DNA of 43,746 bases from Burkholderiales bacterium (GCA_017302485.1 JAFLDI010000001.1:1-43746); one strand, 5' to 3'. Counted from the stretch's first letter, positions 7,275 through 18,006 are shown. The notes: generated by a model not told the origin, from the sequence alone. Translations and numbers: made by a program.

Positions 7275-8933
7275 ATGAATGCCACCACCACGGCAACACA
7301 GGGGACGGCCAAGCATGGCGGCTCAGCGGCCGAAATCGCCGACTGGCGCCCCGAGGACAACGCCTTCTGGGAGGGCACCGGGAAGAAGGTGGCCTACCGC
7401 AACCTGTGGATCTCGATCCCCGCGCTGCTGTGCGGCTTCGCGGTCTGGGGCATGTGGGGCATCATCGCCGTGCAGATGCTCAACCTGGGCTTTCCGTTCA
7501 CCCAGGACGAGCTCTTCACGCTGACCGCCATCGCCGGCATCGCCGGCGCGACGATGCGCATCCCGGCCTCGTTCCTGATTCGCCTGGCCGGCGGGCGCAA
7601 CACGATCTTCCTGACCACCTCGATGCTGCTGGCGCCGGCCATCGGCACCGGCATCGTGCTGCAGCACAAGGACTGGCCGCTGTGGGCCTTCCAGCTGATG
7701 GCGCTGTGGTCGGGCGTGGGCGGCGGCAACTTCGCCAGTTCGATGTCCAACATCAGCGGCTTCTTCCCGAAGCGGCTGCAGGGCACGGCGCTGGGCCTGA
7801 ACGCGGGCCTGGGCAACTTCGGCGTCACCACGATGCAGATCGTCATCCCGCTGGTGATGACCGTGCCGCTGCTGGGCGCCTTCGGCGGAGAGCCGATGAC
7901 GCTGCTGAAGGACAGCGGCTGGATCTTCGGGAAGATCGCCGCCGGCACGCCCACCTGGGTGCAGAACGCCGGCTTCGCCTGGGTGTTCTCGCTGGTGCCG
8001 CTGGGCGCGCTCTGCTGGTTCGGCATGAACAACCTGAGGACGGTGTCGCCGAACTCCGGCTCGCCGGTCGTGGCCTTCGCCAAGATCACCTACCTGTACA
8101 CGCTGGCCTTTGTCCCGACGATCTTCATGCTCTGGCTTTACCTGCCCAAGCCCACCGGCCTGGGGCTGCTGAACATGTGGGTGGCGATTCCCCTGGACAT
8201 CCTGATGGCGCTCGCCGTGGTGCGACTGGCGGCCTTCGGCGAGATGAAGGAGGGCGTGAAGAAGCAGTTCGCGATCTTCAAGGACAAGCACACCTGGTCG
8301 CTGACCGCGCTGTACATCGTCACCTTCGGTTCGTTCATCGGTTTCTCGATGGCGCTGCCGCTGTCGATGAAGGTCATCTTCGGCGTCAGTCACGTGCCCG
8401 ATGCCAACGGTGTGATGCAGCACACCCTGAACAACCCGAACGCGCCGACCATCCTGGCCTATGCCTGGATCGGCCCCTTCGTCGGCGCGGCCACTCGGCC
8501 CATCGGCGGCTGGATCTCCGATAAGGTGGGCGGCTCGATCGTCACGCAGGTGATCACCGCGGTGATGGCCCTGGCCGCCGTCGCGGTCGGCTACGTGATG
8601 ATGCTGGCCTACGGCTCGGCCACGCCGGAGCAGTACTTCCCGATGTTCCTCGGGCTCTTCCTGGTGCTGTTCTTTGCCAGCGGCATCGGCAACGGTTCCA
8701 CATTCCGCACCATCGGCGTCATTTTCGACCGTACCCAGGCGGGCCCGGTGCTGGGCTGGACGTCGGCGGTCGCCGCTTACGGCGCCTTCATCGCGCCGGT
8801 GCTGATCGGCCAGTACATCAAGGCAGGCGCACCGCAACTGGCGTTCTACGGCTTCGCGGTGTTCTATGCCCTGTGCCTGGTGCTGAACTGGTGGTTCTAC
8901 CTGCGCGGCAACGCCTACGTGAAGAACCCCTGA
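7275..8933 (+). CDS. narK: nitrate/nitrite MFS transporter, NarK2 type (long form)
   Basis: DWRPEDNAFW...RNLWISIP, GVGGGNFASSM, GLNAGLGNFG and GIGNGSTF motifs. AGGAG RBS before ATG 7275. Confidence 0.9.
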   Translation: MNATTTATQGTAKHGGSAAEIADWRPEDNAFWEGTGKKVAYRNLWISIPALLCGFAVWGMWGIIAVQMLNLGFPFTQDELFTLTAIAGIAGATMRIPASFLIRLAGGRNTIFLTTSMLLAPAIGTGIVLQHKDWPLWAFQLMALWSGVGGGNFASSMSNISGFFPKRLQGTALGLNAGLGNFGVTTMQIVIPLVMTVPLLGAFGGEPMTLLKDSGWIFGKIAAGTPTWVQNAGFAWVFSLVPLGALCWFGMNNLRTVSPNSGSPVVAFAKITYLYTLAFVPTIFMLWLYLPKPTGLGLLNMWVAIPLDILMALAVVRLAAFGEMKEGVKKQFAIFKDKHTWSLTALYIVTFGSFIGFSMALPLSMKVIFGVSHVPDANGVMQHTLNNPNAPTILAYAWIGPFVGAATRPIGGWISDKVGGSIVTQVITAVMALAAVAVGYVMMLAYGSATPEQYFPMFLGLFLVLFFASGIGNGSTFRTIGVIFDRTQAGPVLGWTSAVAAYGAFIAPVLIGQYIKAGAPQLAFYGFAVFYALCLVLNWWFYLRGNAYVKNP

Positions 8934-8966
8934 GCGTACCCCGGTCAGCGCTCACCTCGATTCGCC

Positions 8967-10355
8967 ATGTCCGCCGCGATCATCCACCACTGGAATCCTG
9001 AAGACCCGGTCTTCTGGGAGCGCCAGGGCGAGGCCGTTGCGCGTCGCAACCTCTGGCTGTCGATCCCGGCGCTGGCGCTGTCGTTCGCGGTGTGGATGCT
9101 TTGGTCGGTGGTGGTGGTTCATCTGCCCGCGGCTGGCTTCCGATACAGCACCAACCAGCTGTTCTGGCTGACGGCGCTGCCCGCCCTCTGCGGTGCCACG
9201 CTGCGCATCTTCTATGCCTTTGCCGTGCCGGTGATTGGCGGCCGCCGCTTCACTACGCTGGCCACCGCGAGCCTGCTGCTGCCGGCCGTGGGCATAGGCC
9301 TGGCCGTGCAGGATCCGTCCACGCCATTCGAATGGATGGTGGTGCTGGCGCTGCTGTGTGGGCTGGGTGGAGGCAATTTCGCCAGTTCCATGGCGAACAT
9401 CAGCTACTTCTTTCCCAGCGCACGCCAGGGCTATGCGCTCGGCCTGAACGCGGGGCTAGGTCACCTCGGCGTGGCCGGTATGCAGCTGCTGGTGCCGCTG
9501 GCCATCAGCGCGAGTGTCTTCGGGATCTTCGACGGTCCGCCTCAGTCGACGGCGCAGGGACCGATGTGGCTGCAGAACGCGGGCTTCATCTGGGTGCCGC
9601 TCATCCTGGCCAGCACGGCTGCGGCCTGGTTCGGCATGGACGACCTCGCCGACCGTCACACCGGAATGGCCGAGCAGGCGGTGGTCTTCACCCGCCGGCA
9701 CAACTGGCTGATGTGCTGGCTCTACCTCGGCACCTTCGGCAGCTTCATCGGCTTCTCGGCGAGCCTGCCGATGCTGGCCCAGAGCCAGTACCAGCGCGCC
9801 GATGCGATGCACCTGGTCTGGCTGGGGCCGCTGATCGGCGCCGTGCTGCGCCCGTTGGGGGGCTGGATGGCCGATCGCTGGGGCGGCGCGCGCGTCACCT
9901 TCTGGGTCTTCGTGCTGATGGCTCTAGCCGCCTTGGTCGCTCTGCTGTGTCTGCCGACGGCGAGCGTCTCGGGCTCGGAGGTGTCGAGCAGCGGCTACAC
10001 CGGTTTCCTCGCGGCCTTCGGTCTCCTGTTCGCGGCGTCGGGCCTCGGCAACGGCAGCACCTTTCGGATGATCTCCAGCCTGTTCGTCGCCGAGCGCCTG
10101 AAGAGGGCCGATGAACTGCCCTCGGCGCGTGCGCAGGCTGCGCGCGAAGGTGCAGTGGAGGCCGCAGCGGCGCTCGGTTTTGCCAGCGCCATCGGCGCCT
10201 ACGGCGGCTTCTTCATCCCCAAGAGCGTGGGCTCGTCGCTGGCGATCACCGGCAGCGCCTCGGCGGCGCTGGTGATGTTCATCGGCTTCTACCTTTCCTG
10301 CATCGCGTTGACCTGGTGGGCGTACAGCCGCCGCAACGCGCCTTACCCCTGCTAG
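8967..10355 (+). CDS. narK: nitrate/nitrite MFS transporter, NarK2/NarU type
   Basis: WNPEDPVFW...RRNLWLSIP, GLGGGNFASSMANIS, GLGNGSTF and AIGAYGGFFIPK motifs. Confidence 0.9.
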   Translation: MSAAIIHHWNPEDPVFWERQGEAVARRNLWLSIPALALSFAVWMLWSVVVVHLPAAGFRYSTNQLFWLTALPALCGATLRIFYAFAVPVIGGRRFTTLATASLLLPAVGIGLAVQDPSTPFEWMVVLALLCGLGGGNFASSMANISYFFPSARQGYALGLNAGLGHLGVAGMQLLVPLAISASVFGIFDGPPQSTAQGPMWLQNAGFIWVPLILASTAAAWFGMDDLADRHTGMAEQAVVFTRRHNWLMCWLYLGTFGSFIGFSASLPMLAQSQYQRADAMHLVWLGPLIGAVLRPLGGWMADRWGGARVTFWVFVLMALAALVALLCLPTASVSGSEVSSSGYTGFLAAFGLLFAASGLGNGSTFRMISSLFVAERLKRADELPSARAQAAREGAVEAAAALGFASAIGAYGGFFIPKSVGSSLAITGSASAALVMFIGFYLSCIALTWWAYSRRNAPYPC

Positions 10356-10412
10356 TTCATCTGCTGGATCCCGCACGCGGAAGACCCATTCCAAGCCTTC
10401 AAGGACGACGAC

Positions 10413-13400
10413 ATGAGCCACTTTCTGGACCGCCTCACCCACTTCTCGCTGCCCAAGGAGACCTTCGCCGGCGACCATGGCCTGACCACCGGTGAGGACC
10501 GCACCTGGGAGGACGCCTACCGCAACCGCTGGGCCCACGACAAGATCGTGCGCAGCACGCACGGCGTGAACTGCACCGGCTCGTGCTCGTGGAAGATCTA
10601 CGTCAAGGGTGGCATCGTCACCTGGGAGACCCAGCAGACCGACTACCCGCGCACGCGCTGGGACATGCCCAACCACGAGCCGCGTGGCTGCGCGCGCGGC
10701 GCCAGCTACAGCTGGTACCTGTACAGCGCCAACCGCGTGAAGTACCCGATGGTGCGCGGCCGCCTGCTCGAGCGCTGGCGCGCGGCGATGAAGACCGCCA
10801 AGACGCCGGTGGACGCCTGGGCCACCATCGTCGAGAACCCCGAGGCGCGGCGCGACTACCAGAAAGTGCGCGGCATGGGTGGCTTCGTGCGCAGCAGCTG
10901 GGACGAGGTGAACCAGATCATCGCAGCCAGCAATGTCTACACGATCAAGAAGCACGGCCCCGATCGGGTGATCGGCTTCTCGCCGATTCCGGCGATGAGC
11001 ATGGTCAGCTACGCCGCCGGCAGCCGCTACCTCAGCCTGATCGGCGGCGTGTGCATGAGCTTCTACGACTGGTACTGCGACCTGCCGCCCAGCAGCCCGC
11101 AGGTGTGGGGCGAGCAGACCGATGTGCCTGAATCGGCCGACTGGTACAACAGCACCTACATCATCGCCTGGGGCAGCAATGTGCCGCAGACGCGCACGCC
11201 CGATGCGCACTTCTTCACCGAGGTGCGCTACAAGGGAGCGAAGACGGTGGCCGTCACGCCTGACTACAGCGAGGTCGCCAAGCTCGCCGACATCTGGCTC
11301 CACCCCAAGCAGGGCACCGATGCCGCGCTGGCGATGGCGATGGGCCACGTTGCGCTCAACGAGTTCTACTTCAAGCAGCGCAGCCCGTATTTCGACGACT
11401 ACGCGCGCCGCTACACCGACCTGCCGCTGCTGGTGATGCTGAAGGAGCACACGCTGCCCGACGGCCGCAAGACGCTGGTGCCCGACCGCTACCTGCGCGC
11501 CTCGGACTTCAACGGCAAGCTCGGCCAGCAGAACAACCCCGAGTGGAAGACCGTGGCCTTCGACACCGGCGGCCGCGCGGTGCTGCCCAACGGCAGCATC
11601 GGCTTCCGCTGGACGCCCGAGGGCGGCCCCGACCAAGGCAAGTGGAACCTCGAGAACAAGGAGGCGCGCCACGGCACCGAGGTCAAGCTGAAGCTGTCGG
11701 TCCTTGAAGACGGCGATCAGGCGCACGAGGTGGTGGACATCGGCTTGCCGTACTTCGGCGGCGTCAGCAATCCGCACTTCACGACCAATGTGCAGAACGG
11801 CGAGGTCAACTTCGTCAAGGTGCCGGCGGTGCGGCTGCGCCTGGGCAAGGAAGGCGATCACCGCGAAGCGCTGGTGGCCACGGTGTTCGACCTGCAGGCC
11901 GCGCAGTACGGCATCGACCGTGGGCTGGGCAGCGGAGCCAAGAGCTACGACGACGACGCGGCCTACACGCCGGCCTGGGCCGAGAGCGTGACCGGTACGC
12001 CGCGCGACCAGATCATCACCGTGGCGCGGCAATTCGCCGAGAACGCGCACAAGACGCATGGCAAGAGCATGGTGATCATCGGCGCGGCGATGAACCACTG
12101 GTACCACTGCGACATGAACTATCGCGGTGTCATCAACCTGCTGATGATGTGCGGCTGCATCGGCCAGAGCGGCGGCGGCTGGTCGCACTACGTGGGCCAG
12201 GAGAAGCTGCGCCCGCAGACCGGCTGGACGGCGCTGGCCTTCGCGCTGGACTGGATCCGACCGCCTCGCCAGATGAACAGCACCAGCTTCTTCTACGCGC
12301 ACACCGACCAGTGGCGCTACGAGAAGCTCGGCATGGAGGAGATCGTCTCGCCGCTGGCCGACCGCAAGGCCTTCGGCGGCAGCATGATCGACTACAACGT
12401 GCGCGCGGAGCGCATGGGCTGGTTGCCCAGTGCGCCGCAGCTCAAGACCAATCCGATGCAGGTGGTCAAGGATGCCACCGCGGCCGGCCTGGACCCGAAG
12501 GACTACGTCGTGCAGGCGCTGAAGGACGGCACGGTCGCGATGAGCTGCGAGGACCCCGACGCACCGCAGAACTGGCCGCGCGTGATGTTCGTCTGGCGCA
12601 GCAACCTGCTGGGCTCGTCGGGCAAGGGCCACGAGTACTTCTGCAAGCACCTGCTGGGCACGGAGAACGGCATCCAGGGCAAGGACCTGGGCGCCGACGA
12701 CGCCAAGCCATCTGAAGTGAAGTGGCACGCCGAGGCCCCGGTCGGCAAGCTCGACTTGGTGGTGACGCTGGACTTCCGCATGAGCACCACCTGCCTGTAC
12801 AGCGACATCGTGCTGCCCACCGCCAGTTGGTACGAGAAGAACGACCTCAACACCAGCGACATGCACCCCTTCATCCACCCGCTGAGTGCCGCGGTGGACC
12901 CGGTGTGGCAAAGCCGCAGCGACTGGGAGATCTACAAGGGCTTTGCGAAGGCCTTCAGCGAAGTCTGCGTCGGCCACCTGGGCGTCGAACGCGAGGTGGT
13001 GCTGACGCCGCTGATGCACGACAGCGCGGCCGAACTGGCCCAGCCGTTCGACGTGAAGGAGTGGAAGAAGGGCCAGTGCGATCTGATCCCCGGCAAGACC
13101 GCGCCGCAGATCGGCGTGGTCGAGCGCGACTACCCGAACGTCTACAAGCGCTTCATCGCGCTCGGCCCCTTGATGGACAAGCTGGGCAACGGCGGCAAGG
13201 GCATCGGCTGGAAGACCGGTACCGAGGTGGAGCAACTCGGGCAGCTCAACGGCACGACGCTGACCGAGGGCGTGACGCAGGGCATGCCGAAGATCGTGAC
13301 CGACATCGACGCCTGCGAGGTCATCCTGCAGCTCGCGCCAGAGACCAACGGCCATGTCGCGGTGAAGGCCTGGGAAGCCCTGGGCAAGCAGACGGGTCGC

Positions 13401-14219
13401 GACCATACCCACCTGGCGCTGTACCGCGAGGACGAGAAGATCCGCTACCGCGACGTGCAGGCGCAGCCGCGCAAGATCATCAGCAGCCCGACCTGGAGCG
13501 GCATCGAAAGCGAGACCGTCAGCTACAACGCCGGCTACACCAACGTGCACGAGCTGATCCCCTGGCGCACGCTCACCGGGCGCCAGCAGTTCTACCTGGA
13601 CCACCCCTGGGTGATCGCCTTCGGCGAGGCCTTGAGCAGCTACCGTCCCCCGGTGGACCTGAAGACGACGGCCGGCATCCACAACATCAAGCCGAACGGG
13701 CACCAGGAGATCCTGCTCAACTTCATCACACCGCACCAGAAGTGGGGCATCCACAGCACCTACAGCGACAACCTGCTGATGCTCACTCTCAACCGCGGGG
13801 GCCCGGTGGTGTGGCTGAGCGAGGACGACGCCAAGCGCTCGGGCATCGAGGACAACGACTGGGTCGAGGTCTTCAACATCAATGGCGCCATTGCGGCGCG
13901 TGCGGTGGTCAGCCAGCGCGTCAATCCCGGGATGCTGCTGATGTACCACGCGCAGGAGAAGATCGTGAACACGCCCGGTTCGCAGATCACCGGCGTGCGC
14001 GGCGGCATCCACAACAGCGTGACGCGCATCGTGCTCAAGCCCACGCACATGATCGGTGGCTACGCGCAGTTCAGCTACGGCTTCAACTACTACGGAACCA
14101 TCGGCACCAACCGCGACGAGTTCGTCGTGGTGCGCAAGATGGCCAAGGTCGACTGGCTGGACACGCCCGCCGACGACCACCTCTCCGCCGCCTATCAAGG
14201 CCAGGGCGAGAACCCCTGA
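10413..14219 (+). CDS. narG: respiratory nitrate reductase alpha subunit
   Basis: 1268 aa. STHGVNCTGSCSW FS0 motif, SFYDWYCDLP Mo-ligand region, TPHQKWGIHSTY. No Tat signal. Confidence 0.99.
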   Translation: MSHFLDRLTHFSLPKETFAGDHGLTTGEDRTWEDAYRNRWAHDKIVRSTHGVNCTGSCSWKIYVKGGIVTWETQQTDYPRTRWDMPNHEPRGCARGASYSWYLYSANRVKYPMVRGRLLERWRAAMKTAKTPVDAWATIVENPEARRDYQKVRGMGGFVRSSWDEVNQIIAASNVYTIKKHGPDRVIGFSPIPAMSMVSYAAGSRYLSLIGGVCMSFYDWYCDLPPSSPQVWGEQTDVPESADWYNSTYIIAWGSNVPQTRTPDAHFFTEVRYKGAKTVAVTPDYSEVAKLADIWLHPKQGTDAALAMAMGHVALNEFYFKQRSPYFDDYARRYTDLPLLVMLKEHTLPDGRKTLVPDRYLRASDFNGKLGQQNNPEWKTVAFDTGGRAVLPNGSIGFRWTPEGGPDQGKWNLENKEARHGTEVKLKLSVLEDGDQAHEVVDIGLPYFGGVSNPHFTTNVQNGEVNFVKVPAVRLRLGKEGDHREALVATVFDLQAAQYGIDRGLGSGAKSYDDDAAYTPAWAESVTGTPRDQIITVARQFAENAHKTHGKSMVIIGAAMNHWYHCDMNYRGVINLLMMCGCIGQSGGGWSHYVGQEKLRPQTGWTALAFALDWIRPPRQMNSTSFFYAHTDQWRYEKLGMEEIVSPLADRKAFGGSMIDYNVRAERMGWLPSAPQLKTNPMQVVKDATAAGLDPKDYVVQALKDGTVAMSCEDPDAPQNWPRVMFVWRSNLLGSSGKGHEYFCKHLLGTENGIQGKDLGADDAKPSEVKWHAEAPVGKLDLVVTLDFRMSTTCLYSDIVLPTASWYEKNDLNTSDMHPFIHPLSAAVDPVWQSRSDWEIYKGFAKAFSEVCVGHLGVEREVVLTPLMHDSAAELAQPFDVKEWKKGQCDLIPGKTAPQIGVVERDYPNVYKRFIALGPLMDKLGNGGKGIGWKTGTEVEQLGQLNGTTLTEGVTQGMPKIVTDIDACEVILQLAPETNGHVAVKAWEALGKQTGRDHTHLALYREDEKIRYRDVQAQPRKIISSPTWSGIESETVSYNAGYTNVHELIPWRTLTGRQQFYLDHPWVIAFGEALSSYRPPVDLKTTAGIHNIKPNGHQEILLNFITPHQKWGIHSTYSDNLLMLTLNRGGPVVWLSEDDAKRSGIEDNDWVEVFNINGAIAARAVVSQRVNPGMLLMYHAQEKIVNTPGSQITGVRGGIHNSVTRIVLKPTHMIGGYAQFSYGFNYYGTIGTNRDEFVVVRKMAKVDWLDTPADDHLSAAYQGQGENP

Positions 14220-14247
14220 ACCGGCCGATCACACAAGGAGCATCGCA

Positions 14248-15771
14248 ATGAAAGTACGCGCACAGATCGGCATGGTGCTGAACCTGGACAAGTGCATCGG
14301 CTGCCACACCTGCAGCGTGACCTGCAAGAACGTGTGGACCAGCCGCCCCGGCGTGGAGTACGCCTGGTTCAACAACGTCGAGACCAAGCCGGGCATCGGC
14401 TACCCCAAGGAGTGGGAGAACCAGGACCGCTGGAACGGCGGCTGGGTGCGCAAGGCCGATGGTTCCATCGTGCCGCGCCAGGGCGGCAAGTGGCAGCTCT
14501 TGATGAAGATCTTCGCCAACCCCAACCTGCCGCAGATCGACGACTACTACGAGCCCTTCACCTTCGACTACGACCATCTGCAGTCGGCGCCCGAGATGCA
14601 GCACGCGCCCACCGCCCGGCCGCGCAGCCTCATCACCGGCAAGCGCATGGAGAAGATCGAGTGGGGCCCGAACTGGGAGGAGATCCTGGGCGGCGAGTTC
14701 GCGAAGCGATCGAAGGACAAGAACTTCGACGCGATCCAGAAGGACATCTACGGCCAGTTCGAGAACACCTTCATGATGTACCTGCCCAGGCTGTGCGAGC
14801 ACTGCCTGAACCCGGCTTGCGTCGCATCGTGCCCGTCGGGGAGCATCTACAAGCGCGAGGAAGACGGCATCGTCCTGATCGACCAGGACAAATGCCGCGG
14901 CTGGCGCATGTGCGTCAGCGGTTGCCCGTACAAGAAGATCTACTACAACTGGAAGAGCGGCAAAGCCGAGAAGTGCATCTTCTGCTACCCGCGCATCGAG
15001 GCCGGCCAGCCCACGGTGTGCAGCGAGACCTGCGTCGGCCGCATCCGCTACCTGGGTGTGCTCCTCTATGACGCCGACCGCATCCAGGAGGCGGCCAGCG
15101 TCGAGCACGACAAGGACCTGTACCAGGCACAGCTCGACATCTTCCTGGACCCGAACGATCCGAAGGTCATCGCGCAGGCGCGGGCCGACGGCATCCCCGA
15201 CAACTGGCTGGAAGCCGCGAAGAACAGCCCGGTCTACAAGATGGCGGTGGACTGGAAGGTGGCGCTGCCGCTGCACCCCGAATACCGCACGCTGCCGATG
15301 GTGTGGTACGTGCCGCCGCTCAGTCCGATCACCGCCGCGGCCAACGCCGGCCAGGTCGGCACCAATGGCGAGATCCCCGACGTCAACCAGCTGCGCATCC
15401 CGGTCAAGTACCTCGCCAACCTGCTGACCGCGGGCGACACCGTGCCAGTGGTGCGTGCGCTCGAGCGGATGCTGGCGATGCGCGCCTACCAGCGGGCCAA
15501 GCACGTCGACGGCAGCGCCAATCAGGCCGCTATCGAACAGGTGAAGCTCAGCGTGAACCAGGTCGAGGAGATGTACCGCGTGATGGCCATCGCCAACTAC
15601 GAGGACCGTTTCGTCATCCCGACCACGCATCGCGAGTACGCCGAGAACGCCTTCAACGTGCGCGGCGGCTGCGGCTTCAGCTTCGGCAACGGCTGCAGCG
15701 AAGGGGTCACCGAGACCAGCCTGTTCGGCAGCGAGAAGAAGCGCACCATCCCCATCAAGGCCACCGTATGA
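14248..15771 (+). CDS. narH: respiratory nitrate reductase beta subunit
   Basis: MKVRAQIGMVLNLDKCIGCHTC, CEHCLNPAC, CRGWRMC and CIFC Fe-S motifs. AGGAG RBS. Confidence 0.99.
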   Translation: MKVRAQIGMVLNLDKCIGCHTCSVTCKNVWTSRPGVEYAWFNNVETKPGIGYPKEWENQDRWNGGWVRKADGSIVPRQGGKWQLLMKIFANPNLPQIDDYYEPFTFDYDHLQSAPEMQHAPTARPRSLITGKRMEKIEWGPNWEEILGGEFAKRSKDKNFDAIQKDIYGQFENTFMMYLPRLCEHCLNPACVASCPSGSIYKREEDGIVLIDQDKCRGWRMCVSGCPYKKIYYNWKSGKAEKCIFCYPRIEAGQPTVCSETCVGRIRYLGVLLYDADRIQEAASVEHDKDLYQAQLDIFLDPNDPKVIAQARADGIPDNWLEAAKNSPVYKMAVDWKVALPLHPEYRTLPMVWYVPPLSPITAAANAGQVGTNGEIPDVNQLRIPVKYLANLLTAGDTVPVVRALERMLAMRAYQRAKHVDGSANQAAIEQVKLSVNQVEEMYRVMAIANYEDRFVIPTTHREYAENAFNVRGGCGFSFGNGCSEGVTETSLFGSEKKRTIPIKATV

Positions 15772-16460
15772 GCAAGCCCTTTCCCCTGACGCTGCGGGTG
15801 CTGGCGCACCTGCTGAGCTATCCGGACACTTCTCTGCGCGATCACTTGGCCGAGATGACGGCAGCGCTGCAACGCGAACGGGCGCTCGGCCCCGATCGCC
15901 TGGAAGAACTGTCGGCCTTGATGCAGCACCTGCGCGGCGCGCGCGCGATGGACGTCGAGTCGCACTACGTCGAGACCTTCGACCGCGGCCGCGGCACGGC
16001 GCTGCACCTGTTCGAGCATGTGCACGGCGACAGCCGCGACCGTGGGCCGGCCATGATCGATTTGCTGCAGACCTACGAGCAGGCCGGCCTATACCTCGCG
16101 CCGGGCGAACTGCCCGATCACCTGACGGTGGTGCTGGAGTACGCCTCCACGCAGCCGCCCGCACAGGCCCGGGCCTTCCTGCGCGAGCTGACCCACATCC
16201 TGCAGGCGATCTTCAGCGCGCTGCTGCGCCGCGAGAGCCCCTATGCCAGCGTGCTGGCAGCGGTGCTCGAGCTGGCCGGGGAGAAAGCCCAGGCGGTGAA
16301 GATCCCCGACGAGCCCGGCCTCGATGAATCCTGGGAAGAGCCGGCGGCCTTCGGTGGCTGCTCCACCCAGGGCCAGGCCAGCCCGGGCCAGCCGCAACCG
16401 ATCCAGATCGTGCGCGCAGCCGCGCGCCAGGCGTCCACCCAGCCGGGAGCATCGGCATGA
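15768..16460 (+). CDS. narJ: nitrate reductase molybdenum cofactor assembly chaperone
   Basis: YVETFDRGR..LHLFEHVHGDSRDRGPAM and ELPDHL motifs. ATGA overlap with narH. Confidence 0.95.
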   Translation: MSKPFPLTLRVLAHLLSYPDTSLRDHLAEMTAALQRERALGPDRLEELSALMQHLRGARAMDVESHYVETFDRGRGTALHLFEHVHGDSRDRGPAMIDLLQTYEQAGLYLAPGELPDHLTVVLEYASTQPPAQARAFLRELTHILQAIFSALLRRESPYASVLAAVLELAGEKAQAVKIPDEPGLDESWEEPAAFGGCSTQGQASPGQPQPIQIVRAAARQASTQPGASA

Positions 16461-17182
16461 ACACCCTCCACACCATCGCCTTCACCGTCTACCCCTACGT
16501 CTGCTTGGCGTTCTTCCTGATGGGCAGCCTGGCCCGCTTCGACCGCGACCAGTACACGTGGAAGAGCGACAGCTCCCAACTGCTGCGCGCCGGCCAGCTG
16601 CGCTGGGGCAGCAACCTGTTCCACGGCGGGATCCTGTTTCTTTTCTTCGGTCACCTGTTCGGCCAGCTGACCCCGCACGCGGTGTACGGCCTGGTCATGA
16701 CGTCCTCGCAGAAGCAGTTGCTGGCCGTGATCGCCGGCGGCGTGGCCGGCGGCCTGTGCTTCATCGGGCTGACGATGCTGTTGCACCGCCGGCTGTTCGA
16801 CCCGCGCATCCGGCTCACCAGCCACCGCACCGACATCGCGATCCTGGTGATCCTGTGGGTGCAGCTGGCCATCGGCTTGTCGACGCTGCCGTCTTCGCTG
16901 CACCACGCATCAGAACCCACCACCATGCTGCGCCTGGCCGAGTATCTGCAGGGCATCGTGCTGCTGCAGCCCAATGCGGCGCTGGTCGCGGGCGTGGAAT
17001 GGCATTTCCAGCTCCACATGCTGCTGGGCATGACGATCTTCCTGCTGTTCCCCTTCAGCCGCCTCGTTCACGTGTGGAGCGGCTTCGGCACCGTTGCCTA
17101 CCTGTTCCGCCCGTATCAGATGGTGCGTTCGCGCCGGCTCAACGTGCCGGCCCGCCAGAACCTGCCGCGCCGCGCCGGCTGA
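16457..17182 (+). CDS. narI: respiratory nitrate reductase gamma subunit (di-heme cytochrome b)
   Basis: RFDRDQYTWKSDSSQLL. Heme His in FHGG..FFGH, QLHM and FPFSRLVH. Confidence 0.97.
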   Translation: MNTLHTIAFTVYPYVCLAFFLMGSLARFDRDQYTWKSDSSQLLRAGQLRWGSNLFHGGILFLFFGHLFGQLTPHAVYGLVMTSSQKQLLAVIAGGVAGGLCFIGLTMLLHRRLFDPRIRLTSHRTDIAILVILWVQLAIGLSTLPSSLHHASEPTTMLRLAEYLQGIVLLQPNAALVAGVEWHFQLHMLLGMTIFLLFPFSRLVHVWSGFGTVAYLFRPYQMVRSRRLNVPARQNLPRRAG

Positions 17183-17212
17183 GCGTGTGGCCCATCGACA
17201 CAGGAGTACGCC

Positions 17213-17992
17213 ATGGATGCATCGGTTTCCGGTCTCGCGCAGGTCAACGGCGTGGTGCTGGCCTATCCCAACGAGCAGTTGACGGCCGAGGCCCTGCGCC
17301 AGCGCGCTTGCGCCGAACTGCTTCGGCAGGCGGCCATTCGCGCCGGGCTGCTGGCCGAGGACGATCCGCTCCCGCTGGGAGGTGCAATGACCGAATCGGC
17401 CAGTGCGGCCATTGAACGGCTGCTGGACCGAGAACTCCACCTGCCCGAGCCGACGGAAGAAGCCCTGCGCCGCCACAACGCGGCTCAGCGGGGGCGCTAC
17501 ACGGTCGGGGAGCGGGTGCTGATGCGCCACATCCTGTTCGCTGTCACGCCGGGCGTGGATGTGAATGCCCTTCGGCAGCGCGCCGAGGCTTGCCTGCTGG
17601 ACGTGCGCTGCGCGACGCCCGACAGCGAGGATCGCTTTGCGACCGCCGCGAGATCCACCTCCAACTGCCCCAGCGGGGCCGAGGGCGGCAACCTGGGCTG
17701 GTTGACCAGCCCCGAGTGCGCGCCCGAACTGGCCGGCGAGATCTTCGGCAAGCCCGAGATCGGCGTGCTGCCGCGGCTGGTGCACAGCCGCTTCGGGTTG
17801 CATGTCGTCGAGGTGCTGGCGCGCGAACCCGGGGTCGAGCCGCCGTTCGAGGCGGTGAAGTCCGCGGTGGCTCAGGCCTTGCGACAGCAGGCCTTTGCGA
17901 CCGCGCTTCGCCAGTACCTGCAAATGCTCGCGGCCGGGGCGACGCTGGTGGGTGTCGACCTGGACGCCGCCACGTCGCCGCTGGTGCAGTAG
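17213..17992 (+). CDS. PpiC/parvulin-type peptidylprolyl isomerase (NifM-like, nar-associated)
   Basis: RHILF, SNCPSGAEGGNLGW and SRFGLHVV parvulin motifs. Lies directly after narI. Confidence 0.88.
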   Translation: MDASVSGLAQVNGVVLAYPNEQLTAEALRQRACAELLRQAAIRAGLLAEDDPLPLGGAMTESASAAIERLLDRELHLPEPTEEALRRHNAAQRGRYTVGERVLMRHILFAVTPGVDVNALRQRAEACLLDVRCATPDSEDRFATAARSTSNCPSGAEGGNLGWLTSPECAPELAGEIFGKPEIGVLPRLVHSRFGLHVVEVLAREPGVEPPFEAVKSAVAQALRQQAFATALRQYLQMLAAGATLVGVDLDAATSPLVQ

Positions 17993-18006
17993 CCGGAGGA
18001 CCGAGC

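Noticed and set aside
6813-8933. Possible NarK1-NarK2 fusion suggested by the 706-aa ORF
   Set aside because: narK1 has its own stop at 7257 in a different frame, and narK2 has an AGGAG RBS before ATG 7275. The N-terminal extension is spurious.
9924-16164. Very long minus-strand ORFs (1424 aa and 693 aa) opposite narG and narH, and similar ones opposite narK, ccoG and the ArsR operon
   Set aside because: These are antisense shadows of GC-biased codon usage. They have no motifs and fully overlap well-supported genes.
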